A stretch of DNA of 64,000 bases, taken from Candidatus Obscuribacteraceae bacterium (GTDB taxonomy: Bacteria > Cyanobacteriota > Vampirovibrionia > Obscuribacterales > Obscuribacteraceae). Position 1 is the first letter of the stretch, and each line of letters starts with the position of its first letter. The DNA lies in contig JBGAHS010000003.1 in the NCBI GenBank assembly GCA_044226015.1, forward strand, positions 32,001 through 96,000, written 5' to 3'. A program made the translations under genes and the position numbers. The notes beneath the pieces were generated by a model. It ran no database searches, was not told the DNA's origin, and saw only the letters and a list, made by a program, of their open reading frames with translations. This document shows positions 27,259 to 37,700 of this stretch, in pieces.

Positions 27259-29109
27259 ATGGTTGAAACACAAGTTTCCAAGGTGAAGACGTGGCAGGAA
27301 TTGGCTCGTCAGTTGCGCGTGGACAGCATCCGTTGCACCACCGCTGCCGGTTCTGGACACCCCACATCGTCCATGTCAGCGGCTGACCTCATGGCAGTCC
27401 TGATGGAGAAATATCTCCACTACGACTTCGAGAAACCTCAATATCCAAATAACGACCGCCTGATTTTCTCTAAGGGACATGCCTGCCCACTTTTGTACGC
27501 ATTCTACAAAGCTGCTGGCGCTATAAAAGATGAAGAACTGCTGACCCTGCGCAAGGCTGGCAGCCGTCTTGAGGGTCATCCTGTTCCCGAAATTCTGCCC
27601 TGGGTAGATGTAGCTACTGGCTCGCTAGGTCAAGGACTCCCGATGGGCGTCGGCGTGGCCCTGGCTGGTAAGCTCGATAAATTGCCTTACCGCACATGGG
27701 TGCTTCTCGGTGATAGCGAAACCGCCGAAGGCTCCGTCTGGGAAGCGTTCAATACCGCAAGTTTTTACAAACTGGACAATCTGACTGCAATTATTGATAT
27801 GAACAGATTGGGTCAGCGCGGTCCAACTGAATTGCAATGGCAATCTGAAACCTACGCCGCTCGCGCTCGCGCTTTCGGTTGGCACGCAATCGAAGTCGAC
27901 GGTCACAATGTTGAGGCAATCGATAAGGCATTTGCAGAAGCAATAACGGTTAAGGACAAACCAACAGTTATTATTGCTAAAACTGAAAAAGGTCATGGCA
28001 TTAATCTGACCGCTAACAAAGAAAATTGGCACGGCAAGGCGCTCAGCAAAGATCAGGCCAAAACAGCGATCGAAGAACTCGGCGGCGAAAGCACTACTGT
28101 TATTCCAGTGCAAAAACCCACTGCTGTAAATTTCGAAATGAAGAAACCCACTGGCAAAATGGCCGCTCCAAACTATAGCTCTGCCGTCGCTACTCGCGAA
28201 GCCTATGGCGATGCGTTGAAGGCACTCGGAGCCGTGCATCCGGAAATGGTTGTACTCGACGCTGAAGTTTGCAACTCCACCTACTCTGATAAGTTCCGCG
28301 ACGCATTCCCCGATCGTTTCTTCGAAATGTATATTGCTGAACAACAAATGGTTGGCGCAGCAATTGGCTTCGGAGTTCGCGGTAAGCGCTCATTCTCTTC
28401 AACGTTTGCGGCATTCTTGTCTCGCGCCTATGATTTCATTCGCATGGGAGCAGTATCGCGCTCGACCATGAGCCTCTGCGGATCGCACGCTGGCGTATCT
28501 ATCGGACAAGACGGACCATCACAGATGGCACTGGAAGATCTCGCAATGATGCGCGCAGTCAACGGCAGCACAGTACTCTATCCATCAGACGCTGTTTGTG
28601 CATACAAGCTGGTCGAAACGATGGCAGATCTCCCAGGCATCAGCTACATGAGAAGCACCAGAGAGAAAACACCGATTCTCTACAAGAATGACGAATCCTT
28701 TGAAATCGGCGGCAGCAAAGTTCTGAAAAAATCAGATAGCGATAAAGCGACACTCATCGCAGCTGGAATCACCCTTCACGAAAGTCTCAAGGCTTATGAA
28801 GAACTGAAGTCTGCTGGAATCAATGTTCGCGTAATTGATCTGTATTCGATAAAGCCTGTCGATAAGAAGACGCTTATGACTGCAGCCAAAGAAACCGGCT
28901 TGCTAATCTCAGTGGAAGATCACTATCCAGAAGGTGGAATCGGTGAAGCTGTAGCTGAAGCGTTCTGCGGCGAAGCGCAAAATCTCCCCAGACTGGTGAA
29001 GATTGCGGTTCGCTCGATGCCAGGCTCTGCTAGCCCGGAAGAACTGATGGATGCAGCAGGCATCAACGCTAAACACATTGTTGAAACGGTGAAGAAGCAC
29101 GTTAAGTAA
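27259..29109 (+). CDS. tkt: Transketolase (616-aa single chain)
   Basis: GSGHPTSS, SKGHA, LEGHP, ATGSLGQG, GDSE...N TPP motif, IAEQQM, SHAGVSIGQDGPSQM. Confidence 0.95.
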   Translation: MVETQVSKVKTWQELARQLRVDSIRCTTAAGSGHPTSSMSAADLMAVLMEKYLHYDFEKPQYPNNDRLIFSKGHACPLLYAFYKAAGAIKDEELLTLRKAGSRLEGHPVPEILPWVDVATGSLGQGLPMGVGVALAGKLDKLPYRTWVLLGDSETAEGSVWEAFNTASFYKLDNLTAIIDMNRLGQRGPTELQWQSETYAARARAFGWHAIEVDGHNVEAIDKAFAEAITVKDKPTVIIAKTEKGHGINLTANKENWHGKALSKDQAKTAIEELGGESTTVIPVQKPTAVNFEMKKPTGKMAAPNYSSAVATREAYGDALKALGAVHPEMVVLDAEVCNSTYSDKFRDAFPDRFFEMYIAEQQMVGAAIGFGVRGKRSFSSTFAAFLSRAYDFIRMGAVSRSTMSLCGSHAGVSIGQDGPSQMALEDLAMMRAVNGSTVLYPSDAVCAYKLVETMADLPGISYMRSTREKTPILYKNDESFEIGGSKVLKKSDSDKATLIAAGITLHESLKAYEELKSAGINVRVIDLYSIKPVDKKTLMTAAKETGLLISVEDHYPEGGIGEAVAEAFCGEAQNLPRLVKIAVRSMPGSASPEELMDAAGINAKHIVETVKKHVK

Positions 29110-29260
29110 CACAGCACACTGGCACTGGAGTTACGCGATAAAGCGCGTGACCCAGTGTTCAGGGTCTGCGTAAGTAGCGTGGCGAGCTCCCGCGACTTTA
29201 CAGACTTAAGAAGGCGCGCTTGTGATAATCTGATCAACGTGCAAAATTCTGGATAAACAC

Positions 29261-29680
29261 ATGGCCTGGAAAGACTGGTCAGTTAGACAAAAACTCAGAC
29301 TTCAAATGGCCAAGCTGGGACAAGACCTGACCGCGCTTAAATCCGAATTTGATCGCGTTGCAAGCGTCAGCAGCCGGATGGTGGCAAACCGAATTCAACA
29401 CGCTTCAAGCGACTACTGGAAAGCAGTCGATGCCTATTCGCGGGACAGCCTTGATGAAGCTCGCGCCCTGGTGAAAGTCGGCTTACTCGAAACTGCATTC
29501 ATTCGAAAGTTGATGGACGCAGAAACGGCAGAACGCGAATTGGGTGAGAGCATTTTCTTCGAATATGCCGACAAAAACGACAGCGAATCAAGTCTTTCGC
29601 GTATTGAGGCTTCACTTGCGACGATCTGGGTTGAACTTAATCTGTTTCTACTAGATTGCAAAAAAGGTAAGCAGCAATGA
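29261..29680 (+). CDS. Hypothetical all-helical protein
   Basis: ORF coupled by ATGA overlap to the next gene; one helical unit similar to the repeats in 29677..30876. Confidence 0.75.
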   Translation: MAWKDWSVRQKLRLQMAKLGQDLTALKSEFDRVASVSSRMVANRIQHASSDYWKAVDAYSRDSLDEARALVKVGLLETAFIRKLMDAETAERELGESIFFEYADKNDSESSLSRIEASLATIWVELNLFLLDCKKGKQQ

Positions 29681-30876
29681 AGTTCATCAGCGAGGCTGTT
29701 GCGAAATGGCAGCTGGAGCGACTCGAAACCCTAGTAACACATCTTCGTAGTCGCGCGAAATCACACAAGCTTAGAAGCACTTCCATAGTGTGCGAACATT
29801 TGAATCTCGCAGATGACTTGCTCGACGAAGCAATTTCTGCAATGAAATATCACAGATATGATCAAGCGGCTTACTCATGCCAAGCAGGTTTCGTTCAATT
29901 AGGACTAGCAGAACTACTTTTAAACCATGCAGCAAAAGTAGATGCCGGAGTGAAAGCAGTCGCAGCGCTGACTAACGAAAAGGATATTAGTGAAGAGGAA
30001 CAATTAACTGCTTATCTAGCTTCATGTCTTGCTGAGATGAAGGTAGCAATAGAATACAGCAACTGCAAAGTAAGTACTCGCGCACACACCGTTCTCGATC
30101 AGGCAATGGACTATTACAATGACGCACTAAAAGCTGTCAAACAATCAAGTCCCGACAAATGCAAGAGATCCTCACAATCAGGCTTGTTATGTTTACTTCT
30201 TGCAAGCGAACTGATTAGCAGCGAAAACATGATGCCACTCCCCGGATGGCGAGGATTATCGAATCCCATGCATTTTGGCTCCCTCAGACGAGCTTGCGAA
30301 CTGTCAAAACACCTCGCAGAGAGCAGAGTGAAATTACACGAAAGAGAGAAACTTATAAAACCTGACAGCAGAGCAGACGAAAAAGACCGAGTGATTTTTC
30401 TTCGAAAAAATTGGGAAAAAGCCTACACGGATTTTCTCTCGGCGGCAAACTCAAATGCACAGGGAACAACTTCACACGCTCAAGCTTTAATCAAATCTGC
30501 TATTAGGAATTTGGAGGCGTGCATCGAGCTGATGAACATCGATGATCCCAGTGAATTCAACGAGGAGATGGACGAACTCACAGAACCTGGACTTAGAGAG
30601 CCGGTAACCGATATTGCAACGGAAATCAAAACGATCAAGCAAATACTCGAAGAAAGAAAAATAGCAAGGAAAGATCACATCATAAATATGCTAGACAGCA
30701 TTTTGAGGTTATACAAGGATGCTTATCGAAATTTCGAAAAATCGCACTTCGTACGTGCCGAAAAATCAATAAGCGATGCCATGCTGGAATTAGATTTCGT
30801 TCGACAACAAATCCAACTTAAGAAGAATCGGTCAACAAAAGAACACTCGGTCAAAACCACAGAAATCGGACCTTAA
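29677..30876 (+). CDS. Hypothetical helical-repeat protein
   Basis: 399 aa with about four diverged ~95-aa helical units. Confidence 0.8.
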   Translation: MKFISEAVAKWQLERLETLVTHLRSRAKSHKLRSTSIVCEHLNLADDLLDEAISAMKYHRYDQAAYSCQAGFVQLGLAELLLNHAAKVDAGVKAVAALTNEKDISEEEQLTAYLASCLAEMKVAIEYSNCKVSTRAHTVLDQAMDYYNDALKAVKQSSPDKCKRSSQSGLLCLLLASELISSENMMPLPGWRGLSNPMHFGSLRRACELSKHLAESRVKLHEREKLIKPDSRADEKDRVIFLRKNWEKAYTDFLSAANSNAQGTTSHAQALIKSAIRNLEACIELMNIDDPSEFNEEMDELTEPGLREPVTDIATEIKTIKQILEERKIARKDHIINMLDSILRLYKDAYRNFEKSHFVRAEKSISDAMLELDFVRQQIQLKKNRSTKEHSVKTTEIGP

Positions 30877-30911
30877 TCGAATTCATCTTGCAAATCACGG
30901 ACTCATGTTGC

Positions 30912-31093
30912 GATGGGTACCGATCTGTTTTCATCTCCAAATCAGTACCGACCTGTTTTCATCTTCAAATCGGTACCGATCCGTTTTCATCTTCAAATCA
31001 GTAACGACCTGTTTTCATTCCCAAATCGGTAACGACCTGTTTTCATTCCCAAATCGGTACCGATCCGTTTTCATCTCCAAATCGGTACCGATC
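30912..31093. repeat. 28-bp tandem array on a degenerate ATCGGTACCGATC core (7 cores)
   Basis: Units AATCRGTAMCGAYCYGTTTTCATYYYCA between convergent genes; same family as the 19595 array. Confidence 0.9.
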
Positions 31094-31172
31094 TAAGTTT
31101 CATTTTTGAGATATTCAAGTGGAACGGCATATCTTGTCGTCCTGAGTAAACTCCTGCCCTGTCCACCCGATT

Positions 31173-32777
31173 TTACGACGCGACTTTCTTCTCTTCAGAA
31201 AGGTTGATTGTCATGCCAGCTTGTTCAGATTTTGATAGATACGGAACCTCTGCTGGTTTCATCTGCAAATAGGACATCAAACGGCGTGCGGCGCTACGAA
31301 TCTTCTCCGATCCATGCGAAAGTAAGGTTGAAAACAACCTGGAAGTCTCTGGATTCTTAAAATCAGCGCGCCGGAAAAGCAGGCATTCATCACCACCATC
31401 AAACGCCTTCCAAAGAGATGGATCTTCAATCAGACAAATTAAAGTTACATCGATTAGTTGCGCCGAGAAATTATCAAGATAAGGACCGAAATCAGATTCA
31501 GTCCTTCCGGGATGTTGATAATTGCCATGCCCCAGCTCATTGCTATGCCGTCCGGCTAGCTGCGGAACGAAAAATCCATCATAGTCAACCAAATAGATTT
31601 CATCGTTTCCAATAAGAACATTTCCATGCTGCAAATCACCATGGGCGACACCATTGATTCTAAGCCGCTCCATCATAGTTTGGAACTTTGTCCGCAATCC
31701 TTCCAGTGCATCCGGACTATAGATGTTCCGGTCTACGTAACGGTCTAAGCCAACGCCATCTATCCAATCCATCTTGATGGCAGGATACCAGTCGGCACCA
31801 CATTTGATGCCTTTTTCAAAATAGTGAAAGTCAAGTGTATAAGGTAAATCGTCCGCCATAATGAAATTACTGATAGCCTTGTAGCGCTCTTGCTGATCCT
31901 TCAATCGCGTCGTGAAACACCTGAATGCCCAGCGTTTATCTGCGTTTTTCATTTCGTAAACGGACGCAAACATTCCACTTGCCACCCGAGGCATGCCCAA
32001 AGCGTCAGGCACGGCACGACACTCCTGTAGCTCCGCGTCACACAGATTGCTCATCGGATTCTGCACGGCTTCCGAATACTCTTGCGGGTTTGGCCATTTG
32101 GCATATGCTCTGGGTTCTCCATTAGCCGAAAATTCTCTCCACCACATTTTCGGCTCTTGTCCACTTGTAGAATGCTTTGGCACAGGCGCCGCAGGGTCCT
32201 TAACGATATGGAACCCCCTGCTTTGATATTCTTTTGCGACTCGATAAATCATGTAATCAAGGATTTTGTGATCGCAACTGGTCTTGTCAGTGAACGCATG
32301 AATTGGACCGATCCACTCATAAGTCAACTCGGTTCCAGTCGCTCTGACGAGCTTCTTCTCTTTCACATGAATCAGTAGAGTCGCCGACGAAGTCTTCACT
32401 GTCACCGAGATTCCATTCTTGCTGGGCGACGAAACTCGATAGTACAGTTTCATGCGAATTTCGCCAGTTCCAGCAGCATAGTTCAGCGACTTGGCAAAAG
32501 ATCCCCAAACGGCAACCGGTGCGCCTCGGACCAACGCAGTCTCGCTGTGGGGAAACCAGGACTCAATAATTTGCATCGCCATACGCGCTTCAGGCACAGA
32601 AAAGAGTTCAGTTTGCGCGATTTTCCGAACCTCGGACTCTTGTCCAGCCAGCCAGTCAAGCAGCGGCGGAAGCTTTTTTCCAACTAAAAGCATTTTCCCA
32701 AGCGGATAAGCAATCAAAGCAATAACCGCTGCGACCAGCATTACTACAGTGAAAAGAGAATCAGGCGAAGAATCCAT
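31173..32777 (-). CDS. Membrane-anchored protein with C-terminal Ser/Thr protein kinase-like domain
   Basis: N-terminal TM helix; SGMFASVY glycine loop, WAFRCF, KMDWIDG, HGDLQHGNVL, VDYDG, GHGNYQHP. Confidence 0.85.
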   Translation of the reverse strand: MDSSPDSLFTVVMLVAAVIALIAYPLGKMLLVGKKLPPLLDWLAGQESEVRKIAQTELFSVPEARMAMQIIESWFPHSETALVRGAPVAVWGSFAKSLNYAAGTGEIRMKLYYRVSSPSKNGISVTVKTSSATLLIHVKEKKLVRATGTELTYEWIGPIHAFTDKTSCDHKILDYMIYRVAKEYQSRGFHIVKDPAAPVPKHSTSGQEPKMWWREFSANGEPRAYAKWPNPQEYSEAVQNPMSNLCDAELQECRAVPDALGMPRVASGMFASVYEMKNADKRWAFRCFTTRLKDQQERYKAISNFIMADDLPYTLDFHYFEKGIKCGADWYPAIKMDWIDGVGLDRYVDRNIYSPDALEGLRTKFQTMMERLRINGVAHGDLQHGNVLIGNDEIYLVDYDGFFVPQLAGRHSNELGHGNYQHPGRTESDFGPYLDNFSAQLIDVTLICLIEDPSLWKAFDGGDECLLFRRADFKNPETSRLFSTLLSHGSEKIRSAARRLMSYLQMKPAEVPYLSKSEQAGMTINLSEEKKVAS

Positions 32778-32788
32778 TGACGCAAAGA

Positions 32789-34225
32789 TTATTTCGGTCG
32801 ATCAGGACTTACATGCGATTCGCTCTTTGCGTAGTCAGTTCCCGGAGGCTCCGGAGATAAAGTGTTTTTGCCTAGCTTGCCATTACCATCTTCTCCAGAC
32901 GCAGTGGGATCACCGGAGTCAGACTCCATCTGCGATCCCTTGGTATTCAAACGACTTGGAGGCTCTGCGCTTGTATCTGTTGCAGTACTAGTGCTAGTAC
33001 TAGCAGGCGAATCTACCTCGTCCAAAAGATCATCGATATCATTTAGAACTGGTTTCTTCTCGTGGTTTGGAACTGATTGATAAATCCTTTGGTAGACCGA
33101 TGCCGGCAAAATCATTTTCATTGTGGGCTCACAAACTTCGTATCCACCCAACACGAAGAACCAAACGATGAAGGCTCCCAGCACAACCTGTGCCACTAGA
33201 AAAACAATGGTTTGCTTGCTGATCGCATTATTTGCACAATCGTTGACCGTAAGCTGATAGCCACCACTGAATTCTCTGGCTACAGCATTAGCAGCTGAAA
33301 GAGCCAGCTCATGCGCTCGGTCCAGATCAAGTTGGGCTTTTTCTGGATCTGCAATTTCCTCAGTAATTGACTTGACTGCTTCAGCTGCAACACGCTTAGC
33401 CTCTTCCTGGCAGTATTCTGCGCGTTTGTCTTCTTCTATTTTCGCGGACTCTTCTTGCATCCGTTCACGCGCAAGCCGCGCGGCTCTCCTTTGAACTTCC
33501 GCCAGAATCAGCCGTGAAATTTCCTGCCTCGAGAGATCAGCAGCCGTGCTCCGCGCTTCAGCTAATGCATGCTCTCTAGCCACTGCGTCAGTGGCTTGGG
33601 CAGCGACTTTTTCGATAGCCCGTTCAGCAGAAGCCTGTGCATCTCGGCGAATTTGAGCAAATATTCCCTGAATGATCGTCAGGGTAGCAGCCTTATTCGC
33701 ATCGCCCGCCAGGTACTCATCGATGTGTTGCTGCCGCTCTTCAACGCTAAGCTGCGGATTTATCGACAGTTGACTTTGAATGACTGCTCGAACTCCCGCT
33801 AAAATAGCCGTACTCAGATTGGTCAGACTTGTGTCTTTCATGTACCGAAAATATACTTCCGTCGAGGCAGCCTCAGCTTCGGGCATTGCCTTTTCTTCAC
33901 TCCAGGTCCTGATGGCATCAAGCGCAGCTTTATGCGCCACCGGTTTCGTTGCAGTGACTACAGATTCAAGAACAAACGAATGCTGACTAGGGTCTTTCAG
34001 CATTTCAGTTACGATCTCAACTGCAATAGGAACAGATTCTTCTGAAATAACAGTCGCTACATTTCGTCCAGCTACAGTTACAGCGTCATGATAAACCGCT
34101 TTGGCTGTGGATCTGCCTTCCTCTTTGGCTAAGCTTTCAAACAATTTTGCGCAAAGTTCACTCAAGCACTCGCGTGCTCGCTCTTTCTCAGCTTCTGTTA
34201 TGAGTTCGTCCGAAGCAGTTTCCAC
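32789..34225 (-). CDS. Hypothetical Ala/Glu-rich helical membrane protein
   Basis: Long helical region, single TM (IVFLVAQVVLGAFIVWFFVLGG), disordered C-terminus. Confidence 0.8.
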   Translation of the reverse strand: METASDELITEAEKERARECLSELCAKLFESLAKEEGRSTAKAVYHDAVTVAGRNVATVISEESVPIAVEIVTEMLKDPSQHSFVLESVVTATKPVAHKAALDAIRTWSEEKAMPEAEAASTEVYFRYMKDTSLTNLSTAILAGVRAVIQSQLSINPQLSVEERQQHIDEYLAGDANKAATLTIIQGIFAQIRRDAQASAERAIEKVAAQATDAVAREHALAEARSTAADLSRQEISRLILAEVQRRAARLARERMQEESAKIEEDKRAEYCQEEAKRVAAEAVKSITEEIADPEKAQLDLDRAHELALSAANAVAREFSGGYQLTVNDCANNAISKQTIVFLVAQVVLGAFIVWFFVLGGYEVCEPTMKMILPASVYQRIYQSVPNHEKKPVLNDIDDLLDEVDSPASTSTSTATDTSAEPPSRLNTKGSQMESDSGDPTASGEDGNGKLGKNTLSPEPPGTDYAKSESHVSPDRPK

Positions 34226-34304
34226 TTCTAGATGCCTTACCCCCCGAAGGTAGAGCTAGTCTTACTGATCTGTGCCCCCTGTGCAGATTTATAAGCGTCT
34301 TTTA

Positions 34305-35453
34305 TCAGCCTATTCGTGCGGCTGTCAGCCTATCCCTTGCTTTGAGGACCAATTCCTGGGATTCTTCAGTCCAACGAGCGCACGCTGTCAAGTGCCCCAT
34401 CTTCCTTCCCTTTCTAGCCTTCGTCTTGCCATACAGATGCAAATGCACGTCTGGCACCTCAAGAGTATACGACCATTCTGGCTGACCGCCATCCCAGAGG
34501 TCGCCAAGCAGATTTGCCATTGCAGCTGCCGAATGCGGCTCGGTCTTGCCCAGCGGCATGCCAGTTATGGCTCGAATATGCTGCTCAAACTGACTGGTCG
34601 GGCACGCTTCAATCGTATAGTGACCGGAATTATGCGGACGCGGCGCTATCTCATTAATTAGCAGGCGATCATGATCAGCAATAAAGAATTCGACACAAAG
34701 CAAGCCGTTGATATCTAGAGATTCAGCAACACCTATCGCCATTTCAATTGCCTCATTTGCAAGGCGCCAGTTGATGCGTGCCGGGACAGACGACAGGTCG
34801 AGTATGTGATTGCGATGAACGTTTTCGATGGGTCCGTAAGCCTTAACTTCCCCATATGCGCCACGAGCTACGATCACTGAAATTTCTTTGTCATATCGAA
34901 TGAATTTTTCAAAAATACAATCAGATTTGCCAAACGCGAGTTCAAAACTCTGCTTTGCCATCTCAGCAGAATCGACAAAGCTCTGACCCTTTCCGTCATA
35001 TCCCCATCCCGACGTTTTCAGAACGGCTGGCAATCCAATGCGACTTATTGCAGTTTCAAGCGAAGCAACAGAATCAACGTGATGGAATGGGACCACAGGA
35101 AATCCATGGTCAGACAAATAGGTTTTCTCACGCAAACGATTCTGCGAAATATACAGAGCCTCGGGTGATGGCGCTATCTTCGTGACTCTGCCAACTTCTT
35201 CGTAAGATTCACGAGGAATATTTTCGAATTCAAGTGTCACCACACGGGCTTCTTGTGCGAAAAGCCTGATAGCATCGTGGTCCTCAAAAGGAGCGACAAT
35301 GGTTTTTGCGCACACTTGAGAAAGAGGTGAATCTTCATCGGGAGTAAATCCAATGACTCGATATCCCATCTGCTGGGCTGACACGGCAAGCATTCTGCCA
35401 AGTTGCCCGCCTCCCAAAATTCCGATTGTTGCTCCAGGAAGAATTGTTTTCAT
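34305..35453 (-). CDS. purK: N5-carboxyaminoimidazole ribonucleotide synthase
   Basis: IGILGGGQLGRML, TLEFENI, GYDGKGQ, NEIAPRPHNSGH, HLYGK...RKMGH. Confidence 0.97.
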   Translation of the reverse strand: MKTILPGATIGILGGGQLGRMLAVSAQQMGYRVIGFTPDEDSPLSQVCAKTIVAPFEDHDAIRLFAQEARVVTLEFENIPRESYEEVGRVTKIAPSPEALYISQNRLREKTYLSDHGFPVVPFHHVDSVASLETAISRIGLPAVLKTSGWGYDGKGQSFVDSAEMAKQSFELAFGKSDCIFEKFIRYDKEISVIVARGAYGEVKAYGPIENVHRNHILDLSSVPARINWRLANEAIEMAIGVAESLDINGLLCVEFFIADHDRLLINEIAPRPHNSGHYTIEACPTSQFEQHIRAITGMPLGKTEPHSAAAMANLLGDLWDGGQPEWSYTLEVPDVHLHLYGKTKARKGRKMGHLTACARWTEESQELVLKARDRLTAARIG

Positions 35454-35965
35454 TAGTCTAGTGTCTCCATTAACACCTTGTGCTCTTGTTTCGAGCGGAA
35501 GTCTTTAAGTTTGTGCCTATAAGTTTCATCGTCATTTCCGAGAATGCTCACCGCAAGCAACGCCGCGTTTATAGCGCCGGCACGACCGATAGCCAGCGTT
35601 CCAGTCGGGATACCAGCAGGCATCTGCACTATTGAGAGAAGCGAATCTATGCCTTTGAGAGTCTTACTCTCAACTGGAACGCCCAAAACAGGAACCACTG
35701 TCTGCGCAGCGACCATCCCGGGCAAGTGGGCTGCCCCACCGGCTCCAGCGATAATAACTTTTAGCCCGCGCGACTCAGCCTGATTAGCGTACTTGCGCAT
35801 TAGCTCAGGAGTCCGGTGCGCTGAAACGACTCGAGCCTCGAAGGGAACAGCAAAGTCTTTCAACGTATCAGCAGCATGCTTCATGGTTTCCCAGTCAGAT
35901 TTACTACCCATGATAATTCCGACGAGAATTGGCTCATCGTCTTCCTCCTCATGCTCCATTGCCAT
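35453..35965 (-). CDS. purE: N5-CAIR mutase
   Basis: [45 protein letters not shown] before the ATG at 35965. Confidence 0.97.
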   Translation of the reverse strand: MAMEHEEEDDEPILVGIIMGSKSDWETMKHAADTLKDFAVPFEARVVSAHRTPELMRKYANQAESRGLKVIIAGAGGAAHLPGMVAAQTVVPVLGVPVESKTLKGIDSLLSIVQMPAGIPTGTLAIGRAGAINAALLAVSILGNDDETYRHKLKDFRSKQEHKVLMETLD

Positions 35966-37700
35966 TCTCCTTTTCGCTGCCCGTAGTTTTTTTGGTTTCA
36001 GAGGCCGCACGCCTGATCCTGTCCCAGATTCCCGTCCAATCGCTAGTCAGGGGCGGCTCCTCGATGATAATAATATCGGCATTTGCAGCATCCAATTTGC
36101 GCAGGTTTCGATAAAGCGTATGCGCATAATGCGAAGGGAAAGACTTTGCTGTGATCCAGTGCCTGTGCAACATGGCTGGCGGTTTGAACGATAGAACTGC
36201 AGTTGCATACCCTTGTGCTTCAACCTCGTCGATGAACTTGTTGATATCAGCTGAATTTACCAACTTCACCTTTGTGCGAGGAGCATAGTGACTTTCCAGG
36301 CTCCCCGGAACTCTGGGTGTGGAATCAGAGACAGCCGCTTCACGCGGCGAACCATCCTTCTGTGTTTCCGGGTTGTTGCAAGCGTCATCTGGCTGGAAGC
36401 TAGCTGCCTGCGCGGAAGCGCTCTGTAGCGGGGAACTTCCTGGCGCCGCGGAGTTAGGCTGCTGTGCGGAGCCTACCGACGCAGCGGGATCAGCCGGCGA
36501 TGCGGAACCAGTCACTTGCGCGGAACCTCCTGGCGTTGCAAAATCAGCCGGCGAGACGGAACCAGGCTGTCGCGCGGAATCTCCTGGCGTCGCGGGATCA
36601 GCCGCTGATGCCGGACCAGGCTGTTGTGCGGAGCCTAGTGGCGCTGCGGGACCAGCCGCTGATGCCGGACCAGACTGTTGTGCGGAGCCTACTGACGTTG
36701 CGGGATCAGCCGCTGATGCCGGACCAGAATGTTGTGCGGAGCCTACTGACGTTGCGGGATCAGCCGCTGATGCCGGACCAGACTGTAGTGCGGAACCTAC
36801 TGACGTTGCGGGATCAGCCGCTGATGCCGGACCAGACTGTTGTGCGGAGCCTACTGACGTTGCGGGATCAGCCGCTGATGCCGGACCAGACTGTCGTGCG
36901 GGTCCTACTGGCGCTGCAGAGACAACCGCAATGCCTACTGGCGGGGGAGTGCCCGACAGCGCAGATGCGATGTGACGCGCGGCACCATCTGAGCAGCTTG
37001 TTGTCTCAGTTTTCGGATCGGGTGAAGATGAGACACTTCTTTCCGGAACTGCTCCGACTCTCTCCAGAGCTGTATCGAGCGCGACCAGAATACTCTCCTC
37101 AAGAATCATCCCTGGTCGCAAAATTCGAGGGATCGGGGAAGTGAGATCAACAATCGTTGACTCAATACCGATCTCACATGGACCGCCATCTAACACGAAA
37201 GCAAACTCATCTGGGAAATCTTCGAGCACATCGGCTGCAGTTGTGGGGCTCAGCCGACCGAATTTGTTCGCTGACGGAGCAACGACTCCAGATCCGAACT
37301 CTTTCAGGAGTGCATGTGCAACAGGGTGAGATGGAATTCGCACAGCAACTGTGTCTTGCCCTCCAGTCACCTCTGGTAACACGTGAACGGCTTTCTTCAA
37401 AACAAGAGTTAAAGGACCCGGCCAAAAGAGTTCTGCTAGCAACTCTGCTGATGGTGGAAGTTCACGACACCACTCCGCTAGCTGCCCGAACTCGGCGAGA
37501 TGAACAATTACTGGATGATCTGCTGGACGCCCCTTCGCCTCAAATACCTTACGCACAGCTTCAGGATTTTTGGCATCAGCACCCAGCCCGTAAACAGTCT
37601 CCGTCGGAAATACGACGAGTTCTCCGCGCCTAAGCGCGTCAGCGGCGTTCCTGATTAGCACCATTGTGTCGTCGTCTAACAAATCGATAACCGGCGGCAT
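35949..37700 (-). CDS. sua5: Threonylcarbamoyl-AMP synthase Sua5 (YrdC + SUA5 domains) with a repeat-expanded linker
   Basis: [42 protein letters not shown]; then [10 protein letters not shown] and LYRNLRKLD...DRIRRA. Confidence 0.92.
   Translation of the reverse strand: MPPVIDLLDDDTMVLIRNAADALRRGELVVFPTETVYGLGADAKNPEAVRKVFEAKGRPADHPVIVHLAEFGQLAEWCRELPPSAELLAELFWPGPLTLVLKKAVHVLPEVTGGQDTVAVRIPSHPVAHALLKEFGSGVVAPSANKFGRLSPTTAADVLEDFPDEFAFVLDGGPCEIGIESTIVDLTSPIPRILRPGMILEESILVALDTALERVGAVPERSVSSSPDPKTETTSCSDGAARHIASALSGTPPPVGIAVVSAAPVGPARQSGPASAADPATSVGSAQQSGPASAADPATSVGSALQSGPASAADPATSVGSAQHSGPASAADPATSVGSAQQSGPASAAGPAAPLGSAQQPGPASAADPATPGDSARQPGSVSPADFATPGGSAQVTGSASPADPAASVGSAQQPNSAAPGSSPLQSASAQAASFQPDDACNNPETQKDGSPREAAVSDSTPRVPGSLESHYAPRTKVKLVNSADINKFIDEVEAQGYATAVLSFKPPAMLHRHWITAKSFPSHYAHTLYRNLRKLDAANADIIIIEEPPLTSDWTGIWDRIRRAASETKKTTGSEKENGNGA
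36455..36910 (-). repeat. In-frame 54-bp (18 aa) tandem repeat inside sua5, ~8 copies
   Basis: [18 protein letters not shown] and variants. Confidence 0.9.

Noticed and set aside
36319..37144. Plus-strand repetitive ORFs of 218 and 226 aa (also 50129..50707 and 56353..57078 on the minus strand)
   Set aside because: Antisense readings of in-frame coding repeats in sua5, the kinase and the 55877 gene.
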